Positions 1 to 11,217 of a DNA stretch of 23,600 nucleotides are shown here, one piece after another. Position 1 is the stretch's first letter. Each line of letters begins with the position of its first letter. Position numbers and translations under genes: made by a program. Under the pieces are notes generated by a model. The model was not told the origin of the DNA, did not search any database, and saw only the letters and a list, made by a program, of their open reading frames with translations. The stretch comes from Octopus sinensis (lineage: Eukaryota): positions 1 to 23,600 of the forward strand of contig NW_021836592.1 in assembly GCF_006345805.1 (NCBI RefSeq), written 5' to 3'.

Positions 1-358
1 AGAATTTTGGGAAGGCTGCGGAACAGGCCGGCGAGACATAAAGAAAGCGCAAAGTGGCAAACAAGTTGGATAGACAACTAACAATTGTACAAGACAAAGG
101 ATGTCTATATATAGTGAGACAGAAGTTTTAAAAAATAGCAAATTGTAAAGGACCAGGCCCAGATGGAGTACAAGGCTATTGGCTGTAGAACTTTACACAG
201 GTGCATTAAAGGATCGTTGAGCAACTGGATGATTGCCTGCAGCAAGGTCACGTCCCTGCCTTTATGATAAGTACACGAATGCTGCAAGGATGCCTTGAAA
301 GGGAACTTGGCATCAAAGGTTTGACCTATAACCTGTTTGCCATTAATGTGGGAGCTTT
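1..358 (+). mobile_element. Decayed Dong/R4-clade non-LTR retrotransposon fragment, start of the RT region
   Basis: Manual translation gives KIANCKGPGPDGVQGYWL*NFTQVH*RIVEQLDDCLQQGHVP and DALKGNLASKV*PITCLPLMWEL. These match the R4/Dong motifs NWKAPGPDG..WLK and NYRPITCLP, with stops and frameshifts. Confidence 0.85.
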
Positions 359-1060
359 GATCCTGTGCCGCTAATATGAAACTTTCAGTTTCTGCTTTCA
401 GCCATTGATGGGTTTTTGATTGGTTTGCTTCAGCATTTCGGCTTCGAAGAATATATTGTCCTTGCAGAAGCTTTTGGCTCCAGCGCTCCTGAATTTGTTT
501 CTGCCCGTTCTGTTGTTTAGTCTATTTGATCCATTTTGTTTGGTGACAGTGGTTTCAGGTTCTTCATCTAATTCAGGGTTAATGCCGACTTTCCTTGTGA
601 ATTACCAAGCTTCCTTGACAAAGAAATGTGATCTCTTGCTGCTTTCGTGTTTGCACACAAGCTGCAGCATTCAATCATTTGTACTAGATAAGTATTTGTA
701 CATTGCTACTGCGGAGGTCTTATAGCACAGTTCTTCTTCCCTCATTATTTTTAGTTAGATATAGACGACTGCTTTTGGGTGATGCATGTTCTTAGAAGTT
801 AGTATTTTTCTTGTCCTCCTGTCCAGGTTTCGGAGCTCTGTAAGTTTCCATTTAATGATGTTAAAACTATATTAGACTACTGGAAGTAGCAGGGTGTTAA
901 TGGCTTCGATGCGATTTTTCGAGTTGAGTTCAGTTTTTAGTATGAGTCTTACTCTTCTGTAATACTCCTTTCGTATTTTTTTCTTCATAGTAGCATGTTG
1001 CATACCATCTCCTTCATTTATCCCAGGTATTTATAGCTTCCTTGTGGGTCAAACACCTTG
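350..1060 (-). mobile_element. 5'-truncated Dong/R4-clade LINE fragment (RT C-terminal, thumb and linker region)
   Basis: The minus strand reads DPQGSYKYLG..KKKIRKEYYRRVRLILKTELNSKNRIEAINTLLLPVV*YSFNIIKW..LDRRTRKILTSKNMHHPKA..THQWLKAETESFILAAQDQ. It begins right after a (TAA)n tract. Confidence 0.9.
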
Positions 1061-1061
1061 T

Positions 1062-1092
1062 TGGTTTTATTATTATTATTATTATTATTATT
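1062..1092. repeat. (TTA)n microsatellite
   Basis: Direct inspection. Confidence 0.95.
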
Positions 1093-1640
1093 GAGTGAGA
1101 GAGCAGTTCATGCCATCAAAGTGACACTGGGGTAAAATATACGAACCCCAGTATACCCATCATGACTACCCGTCTGATAAGGGTACACCAGGAACATGCA
1201 TCACAACCATATGTGCGCGACATGGTGATCTCATATGAAGATAAACAGCACATGACCTTGCAAGTGGGACCCAGTTAGAATTTTCTTCTGGTCGGGTAGC
1301 CCATCTCACTCAAAAGGTCCCTGAATAAGGGTTGTTTAAGGACGTTGAACGAAACACCCAAAGGTTAATTATCCAAACCTCCAAGAATTCCTTTCAACAC
1401 ATGGCTATGATGCTCCCCCACTACTTCTGCTCGTAATCAGAGATACACATATCGTCAGCCACTTAGAGACATGCTCAACTGGTTAAGGTCAAATAACTGA
1501 CAAGCAAATCTGTGGTATTGAGCAGAATATTTGCTGTAGGCCATCTTTTATACCAAGACAAAACAAGGTACAGGATAACACTTCCAATCAGTTAAGATCA
1601 GAAGCCATGAGAGCCACTGTCTGGTACTGCATCAGGGCAC
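1093..1640 (-). mobile_element. 548-bp non-coding element embedded in (TAA)n; probable non-autonomous retroelement
   Basis: GC-richer block with sharp boundaries and TTA arrays on both sides. On the minus strand it ends ...ctctctcactc(AAT)n and has terminal hairpins (ACTGGGG/CCCCAGT; TACCC/GGGTA). It resembles an abundant octopus repeat from memory, but only one copy is in this window and orientation is inferred. Confidence 0.55.
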
Positions 1641-1692
1641 TTTATTATTATCATTATTATTATTATCCTCATTATTATCATCATCATCATCA

Positions 1693-1746
<54 letters not shown>

Positions 1747-1748
1747 TA

Positions 1749-1779
<31 letters not shown>

Positions 1780-1795
1780 ATCATTATTATTATTA

Positions 1796-1848
<53 letters not shown>

Positions 1849-1913
1849 TATTATTATTATTACTATTATTATTATTATTATTATTATTAGTTATTATTAT
1901 TATTATTATTATT
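1641..1913. repeat. Compound (TTA)n/(TCA)n microsatellite
   Basis: Direct inspection; explains ORFs 1607..1915 and 1793..1996. Confidence 0.97.
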
Positions 1914-1915
1914 AA

Positions 1916-2147
1916 AAAGCAGCGAGCTGGCGAATCGTTAGCACACCGGGCAAAATGCATAGCGGTATTTCGCCTGTCGCTACGTTCTGAGTTCAAATCC
2001 TCCGACGTCGACTGTGCCTTTCATCCTTTCACGGTCGATAAATTAAGTACCAGTTGAGTACTGAGTTTGATGTAATCGACTGGCCTTCTCACCCCATGTT
2101 TAAGGCGTTATGCCTATAGTAGAAAGAATTATTATTGTTATTATTAT
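1916..2147 (+). mobile_element. tRNA-derived SINE, family A
   Basis: A-box-like TGGCGAATCGTTAG (~1928-1941), B-box GAGTTCAAATCC (1989-2000), central CCTTTCATCCTTTC..GTCGATAAATTAAGTACCAG, and an AGAAAGAA(TTA)n tail. Related copies start at 9318, 16905 and 20121. Confidence 0.85.
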
Positions 2148-2619
2148 AAACGTCCCACAGTGTACAATATCGTAAGGTTGTTGATTGAAGATATTGTGTT
2201 TACCGGGGGTTTGTACTGTTTATCAAGTTATAACAAGGACCTCAGACACACAGTACTTTACGCAATATGCGTGCAGTTCCAAGTAATGCCGACTTTTGCA
2301 ATAAATATAGATTGTAGGGAATTTCAAAAGTTTTCAGTTTTTTGGGTTTTTTTTCAGATTGGGTGGTATTGAATCCAATGCTCCGATGACAATAGGGACA
2401 ACCCTTTGACTCTCGTAGCTGCCACATCTTAACGATCTCAATTCTCAGGTCTCCTTATTTATCAACTTTTTCTTTTTCTTTCATGACATGCTGATCTCCT
2501 GGCACTGTTACGTCAATTATTAGGCGCTCTTCTTTGTTCTTCCTAAACGTTACTATATCCGGCCTTCGGTGCTCTAATATCTTTGGAAGTCAAAGTCCCA
2601 TAGGATTTTTGCCTTCCCA

Positions 2620-2621
<2 letters not shown>

Positions 2622-2656
<35 letters not shown>

Positions 2657-2703
2657 TGGAATCCTCGTTCACTACCACCACTACCACCATCACCACCACC
2701 ACC

Positions 2704-2753
<50 letters not shown>

Positions 2754-2775
2754 AAACAAGAACAGCAACAGCAGC
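2622..2775. repeat. Compound (TTA)n-(CCA)n-(CAA)n microsatellite
   Basis: Direct inspection. Confidence 0.95.
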
Positions 2776-3445
2776 CCCAATGAAACTCTCAGCAGCAGCT
2801 AAAATATTTTTATCAGTATCATAGCAGAAGTGAGCTCAGTTTCGAATATTGTGGAAGGAGAACAGGTAGGATATGATTTTGACAGTGAGCTTCGAAAGGG
2901 AAATAAACATTGTCTCGTTAGACTAAAGCCGTATCTCCAGGAGAGAAGGGAAACAATAGGAAGAACTAGATTTAAAAGTAAAAAAAAAAAAGAAAAAATT
3001 GGGGGGACAATTCGACTCCAACTAAAGCAAATAAATGTGAAAGCTATATGAACTGCCCTTCAGAGATGTAATAGAAGACGAAAGAGTTATTTGTTACTGT
3101 TGGACTAGCATCAACCACGTGAAAACTTTCTATCGTGTGGAAAAATGATAAATGTCGTTGCCATACTCCTGTCCATGTGTACTCATCTCGCAAGTCTGGG
3201 TGAGACAATGTTATTTTGGAATTGTTTCAGAATCCTTTTACTGAAATCTTTTTCCTGAAAATCGGAAAGGAAGTTATTTAGTAAAACCGAATATGCTTTC
3301 GGAAGGACTGATGCTGTAGGAAGTGGTCAAAGTGCGAGGCGGTCAGAGTCATGAAGTTTTATTATCACACCCAGGTACTATAGTAAGAACGCACTATGAC
3401 AGGTGTTTATTGTTGTAGCACTAATTTTAACCTGTATTTTAACAG

Positions 3446-3488
3446 TGTGCTAACACTTCTCCACACCTGTATATTTGCTTGTGCACAG
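3446..3488 (+). CDS. Candidate 43-nt internal exon of an unidentified host gene
   Basis: CTAAT branch-like motif at 3421, T-rich tract ending AACAG (3445), open frame VLTLLHTCIFACAQ, then CAG|GTATGA donor. No homology recognised. Confidence 0.3.
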
Positions 3489-4055
3489 GTATGAGTACTT
3501 GTGTTGCGTGTGCGTGTTTGTTTTATAAATACACGTATATACAAAAGGGAATTAAAATCCGAGCTATATCCTCAGCAAGCACTTCTGCGAATACCAGCTA
3601 TCAAGTGTATTATCCGTAGACGGTTTATCTATAAGAAGAATGCAACCCATACACACAGAAATTCCGATCAGACAGATTGGTCGCAGAGTATGTATACATT
3701 AAAATAAAGACAGGGAATTTATGTGCGTGTGTATGTATGTACACATGCTATTATCTTCTTTTCTAAGCATTTTTTTTTTATTTTATCGTTACTTTTATAC
3801 TGAATTGTTTCTTCTTATTTTCTCCCATACTTTCTCTAACATTGTTTCATTAACCTCTAAGTGTTATTTTATCTACAGAGAAAAGAAGAATTTGAATTCC
3901 ATTCCTACGCCAATAGAGCTATATCTGTTAACAGAACATTTTAGCGTAGTTTGAGTACAACCATGTGAGAGGTACAAACGTAAGCTAACAAAGGAATGTC
4001 ACAGAATTTTACATCCTTAGCTATTTCTTTCTTTCTCTCTTTCTTTTCTCCTTCG

Positions 4056-4101
4056 ACTGCTGCTGTCGTTGCTGCTGCTACTACTACTATTGCTGCTGCT
4101 G

Positions 4102-4133
<32 letters not shown>

Positions 4134-4187
4134 ACTGCTACTACTACTATTAAAACCACAGCTACTACTATAACCACTACTACTATA

Positions 4188-4222
<35 letters not shown>
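4056..4222. repeat. (CTG)n/(CTA)n microsatellite
   Basis: Direct inspection; explains three overlapping low-complexity ORFs. Confidence 0.95.
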
Positions 4223-4224
<2 letters not shown>

Positions 4225-5059
4225 ATTTCTCTGTGCCTTTGACGTTTTTCTAAGTTTTTTTCCATCTTCAGCGGTTTCTTTTTTTTACAATTTTCTTCGT
4301 CTCTTTTCTTTTCACTCTTTTATATTGGTTATTTAACTTCATCTTTTTTTTGGGGGGGGGGGATTAATTTCCATTGTATTTTGAGTTCTTCGTTACAAAA
4401 ATATCAGCCTTATATATGTGGCAGCATTCAATATTTCACCTGTAGTTTATCTTTACTGTCATCACCGTAGATGAAATAAAACTGTGATTAAACAGGTACC
4501 AATAACGTGATGAGAATTTTAAACAAAGACAGGTGTAAGGCAATTGTTATTTTTTTCGTTATTCGTTCTTTTGAATGAACTGTTTCTATTTGTGTTTCCG
4601 TAGTGAACTATTTATTGGTATTTGATCGTTAGACTGTGGGCTCAATTGAGCAATTCACTTTATTTCAGTCCACTCGACTAAAAGTGTATACCAGCAATAG
4701 TTGGCAGTTACCCTTCGATTGACTGGTATCACTTTCGAGTGAGATTCTTTAAATCTTACCAGCTTAAACACTTCACACACAGATAAGTCCTAGCCTAAGG
4801 AGCTGTGATTCGTGAGTGACTTTATTCTATGTATTTGTGTAAAAATGCTTACATGGATATAGTACAAAACAAGGACGAATGCACATACGCATGTACATAC
4901 ATAAACACACAAAGAAAACACATGCATATATACCCATATTGAAACATATTAAGTATTCATTAAAGCAAACAATACCCTCTTCAGATTTGGTCCTTCGAAT
5001 TTGTACATAATCCTCGTTGCTCTTAGCTCAACCCTGAAGTACCCTAAATCTAAGTAGTG

Positions 5060-5515
5060 ACTGTTTAAATGCAGATTAGCTGCTGGCATCGTTATCAACA
5101 ACTGTCTTTCTCCTAGGAGCGCCAGTTAATCTTGGTCATCTCCTCTGTCAGCAATGTATCTCCCCCCTTTCATTTCCCCCCTTTTAGGTTCATCAAGTGA
5201 AATGAGTTCTATTTATCTCATCATAAATTCAAGTACTCTTTTGGTGAATAAAACGGTCACTTCTTCTTGACAGCCCTCTAATTTCTTACTTCACTTGGAG
5301 ATGTTTACAGGTGATAATGATCTTCATATTGGGGCAGCATCTAATATCAATCATATCGTAGAAAAATCCATGCCATATTTTAATGGATCTCAGAAATGTA
5401 ACTTATGCGTAGTTGAAAGATCGCATATTCATTTTAGAGCTAATGGTTCCAGTACTGAGTTCTAGATCAGAAATTTTCAGCAAATGCAAACATGGACAAA
5501 TTCTTTTCAGTGAAC
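5060..5515 (+). mobile_element. Decayed Penelope-like element, GIY-YIG endonuclease region
   Basis: With frameshifts the sequence reads KC(R)LAAGIVYQ(A)TV .. HHKFKYSF .. TAL .. KSMPYFNGSQKCNLCVVERSHI .. LSSRSEIFSKCKH. This matches the PLE C-terminal pattern Y..G...C.LC..E....LN.RSE...C.H. Confidence 0.75.
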
Positions 5516-5914
5516 TGGAGGACACCACACTTACCGGATTGAGCAGCTGACTCGCAGATTTTGGACCCCGCCCCGTTGAAATATACTGCAAGTGGCATAA
5601 TTATGACTTTACGGTCAAAGCGGACATACCACTAATTATCTTTTCTTTTCCTTTTCTGTTTAATTTTCATCCTTCCACTCTTTATAACTACTCCTCATTT
5701 TTTCTCCTGATATCTCTTTTGCGAGCGTCCTAATTTGTAAATTGAATAAGCCATGTGCTCAGAGCCCGTGGATTGCTTGGAGACACGATATGTGTTAAAA
5801 AATCTGCTTAGATTTGCGTCGCCACTACACGAGTAGGTCTTATCTTTATACTGTGAACATTAAATGATATATCGCTGGATGGAGTACTTTTTTACTGATC
5901 ATAGCTTGACGGAA

Positions 5915-6062
5915 CAATATATATTATATATAATATAATATATATATATATATATATATACATATATGTATATTTTATGTATATATACCATACATACATA
6001 TATATATATATATATATAGATATATATAGTATGTATATATATGTATATACATATATGTATAT

Positions 6063-6104
<42 letters not shown>

Positions 6105-6161
6105 ATATATATCTATGTACGTATGTATGCATGTATATGTATGTATATATACACATATATC
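5915..6161. repeat. (TA)n-rich microsatellite
   Basis: Direct inspection. Confidence 0.95.
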
Positions 6162-6438
6162 TCAAGACGGGAATAGAAAACTTTTGATAGTTTTCTTTAC
6201 CATCGCATCTGTTTCATTTGAAAATAGACGTTACAAAATTGTACATCTAGCAGAAAACATGTAACCATATGTAGATTATTCAAACTGAGAATCAAATAAT
6301 ATTGTTAATCACATATTATTAATTGATTTTTGTCTGAAAATGTTAATAAGATATATATAATGCTTACTACTACACATACAATTTTGTATCTCCTACTAGT
6401 AAATGAAACATATGTCATGGTGAATAAAAGTATCTAGT

Positions 6439-6514
6439 ATGTACATATATATATATATATGTGTGCGTGTGTGTGTGTGTATCTTGGTTACCAAATTATA
6501 TATATATATATATG

Positions 6515-6566
<52 letters not shown>

Positions 6567-6730
6567 TATATTATATATATATATATTAAAACTTAGCGTC
6601 TATATACATGTATCTATCTATCTGTCTATCTATCTATCTACCTACATAATATATATATGTACGTATATCTACATATATATATATATACATATATACGTGT
6701 ATGTGTGTGCACACACACACACACACGCTC
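6439..6730. repeat. Compound (TA)n/(TG)n/(TCTA)n/(CA)n microsatellite
   Basis: Direct inspection. Confidence 0.95.
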
Positions 6731-7059
6731 ATTCTTAATAAATCCATCATCATTTTATGAATACAAATCTAGAATGTTTGTAAATATGTCAAATAAAAAG
6801 AGAGAAAAATGTGTAAGATAAACCTTTATAGATAACTAAATATGTCAGAAAATGTGATGGCATCGTCTGAGGCTATCAAATTTTCTTTGCTACAGTAAGC
6901 CGGTTGGGGTTGGTATACCACTCATATTTGACCATATGCCCAGATGTTTGTCAGAACGGTGTTTGATAGGAGGTGACATTGGATATAATATACAGACGTA
7001 CAAACATTACACGGAAGTGAGACACGTTACATATAGATCGTTAGCTAGATAGTAGTTAT

Positions 7060-7146
7060 ATTACATATATATCTATATAATAATATATATTATATATATA
7101 TATATATATACTATATTATACATATATATACATACAACATATATTT

Positions 7147-7178
<32 letters not shown>

Positions 7179-7353
7179 GTGCGTGAGTGTGTGTGTGTGT
7201 GTGTGTACGCGAATAGATGTGTGTTTATGTACCCAGAGTTAGATAGGCATAAGTATAACTATGAATACTTAAAACAACACACTCACACACACACACACAC
7301 ACATATATATTCATCTTCCGTTCATTTGCGATATATATGTATGTGTATATATA

Positions 7354-7426
<73 letters not shown>

Positions 7427-7430
7427 TATA
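7060..7430. repeat. Compound (TA)n/(TG)n/(CA)n microsatellite
   Basis: Direct inspection. Confidence 0.9.
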
Positions 7431-7667
7431 CAAGATAAGAAAATGGAAGAAAACATCTAAATCAAATCAATTACCAGATAATACTCAATCACATACTTAT
7501 TAAACCACCACATAAGAGACTGTAGGGTTAAACATTAAAAAAGCAGAACAAATCAGTGTACATAAAGGAATGTACATGAAAAAGTGTAACCCCTATCTCA
7601 ATTTGTATATATATATATATATATATTTATACGTGTGTATGTAAGTATATAGGTATGAATGTATGTA

Positions 7668-8055
7668 TTCTTTTATTAGTCTCAGCGATGTGGCATCGGT
7701 CATGCTGGAGCATCACTGTACTTTTGTAGCTTATGATTCACTTTCGGTTGATTTCTTCAAGGATGGTAGGGTTTCTCATTGCCACTCCTATGCTTGCTTC
7801 TATCCCGGTCGTTGGCCCATTCGCTATACGAAGGTATTTGACGTCGCTGGCGTCATTTGTCCCTCATACCGGACCGTCAGTATTATGGAGAGGAGAATAT
7901 CTATTTCTTGTTTGAGACAACTACGTCTAATTTGCGTAGATTTCGTAAATTTTATGGCCCTAAGCTATTGATGTATTATCTGCCCCTGAATTAGATTGGA
8001 TGGACAGTACCTTTGCTACATACAATAGCGTACAGTCCAGGCAATCGTATACACT
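7668..8055 (-). mobile_element. CR1-group LINE, ORF2 end and 3' tail (distal piece)
   Basis: The minus strand continues the ORF across the LTR: FGIEC..IAWTVRYCM..INSLGP..KQEIDILLSII..GQMTPATSNTFV*. It ends in tgctccagcatgaccg..ctgagactaataaaagaata. Confidence 0.75.
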
Positions 8056-8576
8056 TGTAAAGGGAACTGGTTGTTCTTTACACTTTTGGGGTGCACTGCA
8101 ACTGGGTGCAACACAATTTCCTTTCTTTTTGTTCTAGAGAAAACTACCAGTCGGTAACAAACGCACTTTAAAAATATATACGATTCTTTATTTCTTATTC
8201 AACAATGAAACACGATGGTATACTGGTATCCACCTAGTTCAACACAGCAAGGCTGAATTCTAACGTTGTGTAAGTTCTTACAATTCAGCAGCAACGAACA
8301 GGTCAAATCCTAAGCGTCTGGGACAGGAGAATAGGCTGATCACACGTTTTTAAAAATACGTCCTTTCTCTTCTATCGGCCGTGTCTCAAGTGAACGACGC
8401 TATTAAGGAACGCGATAGAATTTCTTCCCCATGTGCATGAGGGAACTTCCTTATGCCTTTCCAGAAGGTTCCAGAAGGTTCCAACTCATCACACGCACAC
8501 TGAAGAAGGACGTTCCGCACACGCACACTGAAGAATGACGTTGCTTGTGCGCACACTGGAATATGACGTCACTACA
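8056..8576 (-). mobile_element. Solo LTR (521 bp), probably Ty3/Gypsy, with 4-bp TSD CACT
   Basis: Starts TGTA (8056) and ends TACA (8576); CACT lies at 8052-8055 and 8577-8580. Removing it rejoins the LINE frame. Minus-strand AATAAA at 8187-8192 and a TATA-like TTTAAAA near 8350 suggest orientation. Confidence 0.85.
8490..8573. repeat. Three imperfect 28-bp tandem repeats inside the LTR
   Basis: CACACGCACACTGAAGAA(G/T)GACGTT.. with period 28, preceded by (CCAGAAGGTT)x2. Confidence 0.85.
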
Positions 8577-9232
8577 CACTCAATGCCAAAATTAGGTACT
8601 AGCCCTTCCAGAAAACCATGTGCTGGTTGTTACACGCCTGTCGCGCTTTCGCTCCTGGGAGTAAAATCGTAATTTTTTCAGCCTCTCCATGTAGTTCATC
8701 TGCTACATTGCTACAGGCTTTTTAGTGTAGTGACATTGGATCGCTTGAAGCTTCGATGTTAATCTGGCACTATGTGGTGACCATAGCTGAGACTTGTAGT
8801 CCAGGCGGCTGAAAACAAAGAACGTCCATAAGGTTAACATAACTGTTACTTGGTCCCTTGTCTTAAAGGGCTTTTGTATCCATCCTACCTGTTGTCTGCA
8901 CTTTACTGCTATCTTGATAATGTACGATTTCCAAGACTCTCACTGTCTGTAACTCTGGGTTCGCAGTGCCTTCGGTGTCAGTATATGCAGGCTACGTTCA
9001 TTTATGATAGCTCAGTGATTGAAATTTTCCATTGTAAACTGTATGTCATTTACTTCAGCCCACTCGTACATTGCATTCAGGTTCCGCTGTAAGCTTACAA
9101 AGTCAACTGAATTTTGTATTATCGGTGTAGCTAGTAACAGTCTCTGTCTTAGTGACCATGGGCCTCTCTAAGAGAGTTATTATAATGGCTCCATGACAGG
9201 ATGGAGTGGAACTGATCTTTGGCAGCTGTACT
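8577..9232 (-). mobile_element. CR1-group LINE, RT C-terminal half (proximal piece), 5'-truncated
   Basis: The minus strand reads SYTDNTK (FADDTK-like), LQRNLNAMYEWAEVNDIQF, VGWIQKPFKTRD, FSRLDYKSQLWSPHS, QMNYMERLK and GLVPNFGI. Confidence 0.9.
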
Positions 9233-9317
9233 GACAACTTGGTCGATTACTTAAATTTAATTCTACTATCAGAACATTATTTTTTTATTATAATCTTCCT
9301 TGTATAAAAAGTTCTAG

Positions 9318-9520
9318 AAGGCGGTGAGCAGGCAGAACCGTTATCAGATATGACAGAAATGCTTCGTGGCTTTTCTTGAGTCTTTGGATTGTATGTTCAA
9401 TTCCAGCTGAGGCCGAGTTTGCCTTTCACACTTTCGGAATCAATAAAAAAATAATTCCCTGTTGAGCAGTGGGTCGATGCAATCGAGTTACACACTTCCC
9501 GCTAAATTTCATCCTGCTCA
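9318..9520 (+). mobile_element. Degenerate tRNA-SINE, family A
   Basis: AAGGCGGTGAGCAGGCAGAACCGTTA..GTTCAATTCC..GCCTTTCACACTTTCGGAATCAATAA..GTCGATGCAATCGA aligns to the copy at 1916. Confidence 0.8.
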
Positions 9521-10027
9521 ACCAACTCAAATAGAAGAATAGTCCTATAAATATTCTTTGCACTTCAGGTTGTAAATTCTTGAACTAAATTTTTTACTAT
9601 CCATGGGTTGTCCGTGGATATATAGTAAGAAAAAACTGCCGCTTCTATCAGTTCTACACACACGAAATCGTACGATAAGTATTTCGCAGGCAGTTGTAGT
9701 CGTTTCTCTCCTACCTAGCACAAACACCCAGATTTAATATACACATTGGGTATATTGAAGTATATGTATCTCTCAGTGGATGGAGTAGGTTTTTTGTTGA
9801 TCTTACATATAGTGGAGCATTAAACTACGTAAAACTACGTCTGTGTGTGTATGTGTATATATATGTATGTGTGTGTACACATGTGCTTGCGTATATATGC
9901 CTGTGTGTACACGAGCGAATAAGCGTGTCTGTGTATCAGTTTGAGTGGGGGGACATACGAAAGAAGGACACTCAACCAATTTATTGGAAGTTACATGTAC
10001 GGATCAAAAGAGTTTGATTCAAATTCA

Positions 10028-10067
10028 TTGGTACTCATGAGTTTCAAGCGTGATGCTAGTCGTCAGC
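10028..10067 (-). ncRNA. Type I hammerhead ribozyme motif, stem I 5' strand lost at the junction
   Basis: CTGACGA-ctAGCatcacGCTt-GAAA-CTCATGA-GTA-CCAA; stem III is the 10-nt palindrome ACTCATGAGT. Confidence 0.6.
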
Positions 10068-10084
10068 GTTTTTGAATTTCAGAA

Positions 10085-10119
10085 TGGCTGATGACTAGCA
10101 TTGAAACTCAAGAGTACCA
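10085..10119 (+). ncRNA. Type I hammerhead ribozyme motif, stem II partly deleted
   Basis: TGG-CTGATGA-ctagcatt-GAAA-CTCAAGA-GTA-CCA; 3-bp stem I; cleavage predicted after 10116. Confidence 0.6.
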
Positions 10120-10146
10120 ACAAATTTCAATCAATCTGTTTTGATC

Positions 10147-10480
<334 letters not shown>

Positions 10481-10767
10481 TATACGGGAAAGCGTTCTAA
10501 TATTCTTCAAGAACTCCGCAGGAATTAGCGATGATATTGATGGGAATCTTAAGTGATTAATATTAGCCTATCTTACATATTTAAACTTTTGAAGCAAGAA
10601 TGTCAACACTGCTCTATTTTCATGCGTGACGATGAGAAGCGGATGTTATTTGGAGAGTGGTATTAGTTGTTTTTTCGTATTCAGTGAATTGTTTATTTAA
10701 TGTAGAAGTGGGAAATCAATATCGGCTTATGTATCCTAATGTTGTTCGATCATGGCATTACAAGTCT

Positions 10768-10885
10768 GCTTATATATATATATATATATACACAGAGGTA
10801 TATATAAAAATATATGTATTTATGTATGTATGTATGTATGTATGTATGTATGTATGTATGTATGTATGTATGTATGTATGTATTT
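10768..10885. repeat. (TA)n/(TATG)n microsatellite
   Basis: Direct inspection. Confidence 0.9.
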
Positions 10886-11006
10886 GTGTGTATGTGAATG
10901 TTTTTTTTTACCTCTGTGTGTCTACACATATGCATGAATATTTATAAGAATATATGTATATGGAAATGCAGGAAAGTATTCATTTAAGCCGAAACGTAAA
11001 TAAGTA

Positions 11007-11156
11007 GGCGCATGCGTGGCTGTATGGTAAGAAGTTTGCTTCCCAACCATATGGCTTCGGGTTCCGTGCCACTGCGTGGAACCTCCGACAAATATCTGTA
11101 ACTATAGTTTCGGACTCACAAAAGAGTAGTAGACGGAAGCTGAAAGAAGCCAATCT

Positions 11157-11217
<61 letters not shown>

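Larger units (their letters stand above)
10002..10146. mobile_element. Inverted pair of PLE pLTR-like repeats (arms 10002-10067 and 10087-10146)
   Basis: The reverse complement of the left arm matches the right arm apart from a 6-nt indel and scattered substitutions. Each arm carries a hammerhead core. Confidence 0.8.

Noticed and set aside
1380-1460. Minus-strand CTGACGA...GAAA inside the TAA-embedded element; also tested the element's 5' end for an HDV-like fold
   Set aside because: Stem II does not close on the core, and no P1.1/L3/J4-2 features were found.
2811-2865. Second possible micro-exon ending GAACAG|GTAGGA
   Set aside because: Weak acceptor context next to a microsatellite and no recognisable peptide.
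7663-7971. 102-aa plus-strand ORF
   Set aside because: Antisense to the CR1-group LINE 3' end.
8490-8573. 28-bp repeats as a CRISPR-like array or HHR cores (CTGAAGA)
   Set aside because: No spacers, no downstream GAAA or stems, and they lie inside an LTR in eukaryotic DNA.
9630-9680. GAAATCGTACGATA palindrome resembling HHR stem III
   Set aside because: No CTGANGA upstream and no stem I.
10986-11004. GCCGAAACGTAAAT, resembling an HHR 3' half
   Set aside because: No upstream CTGANGA; a half motif alone is insufficient.
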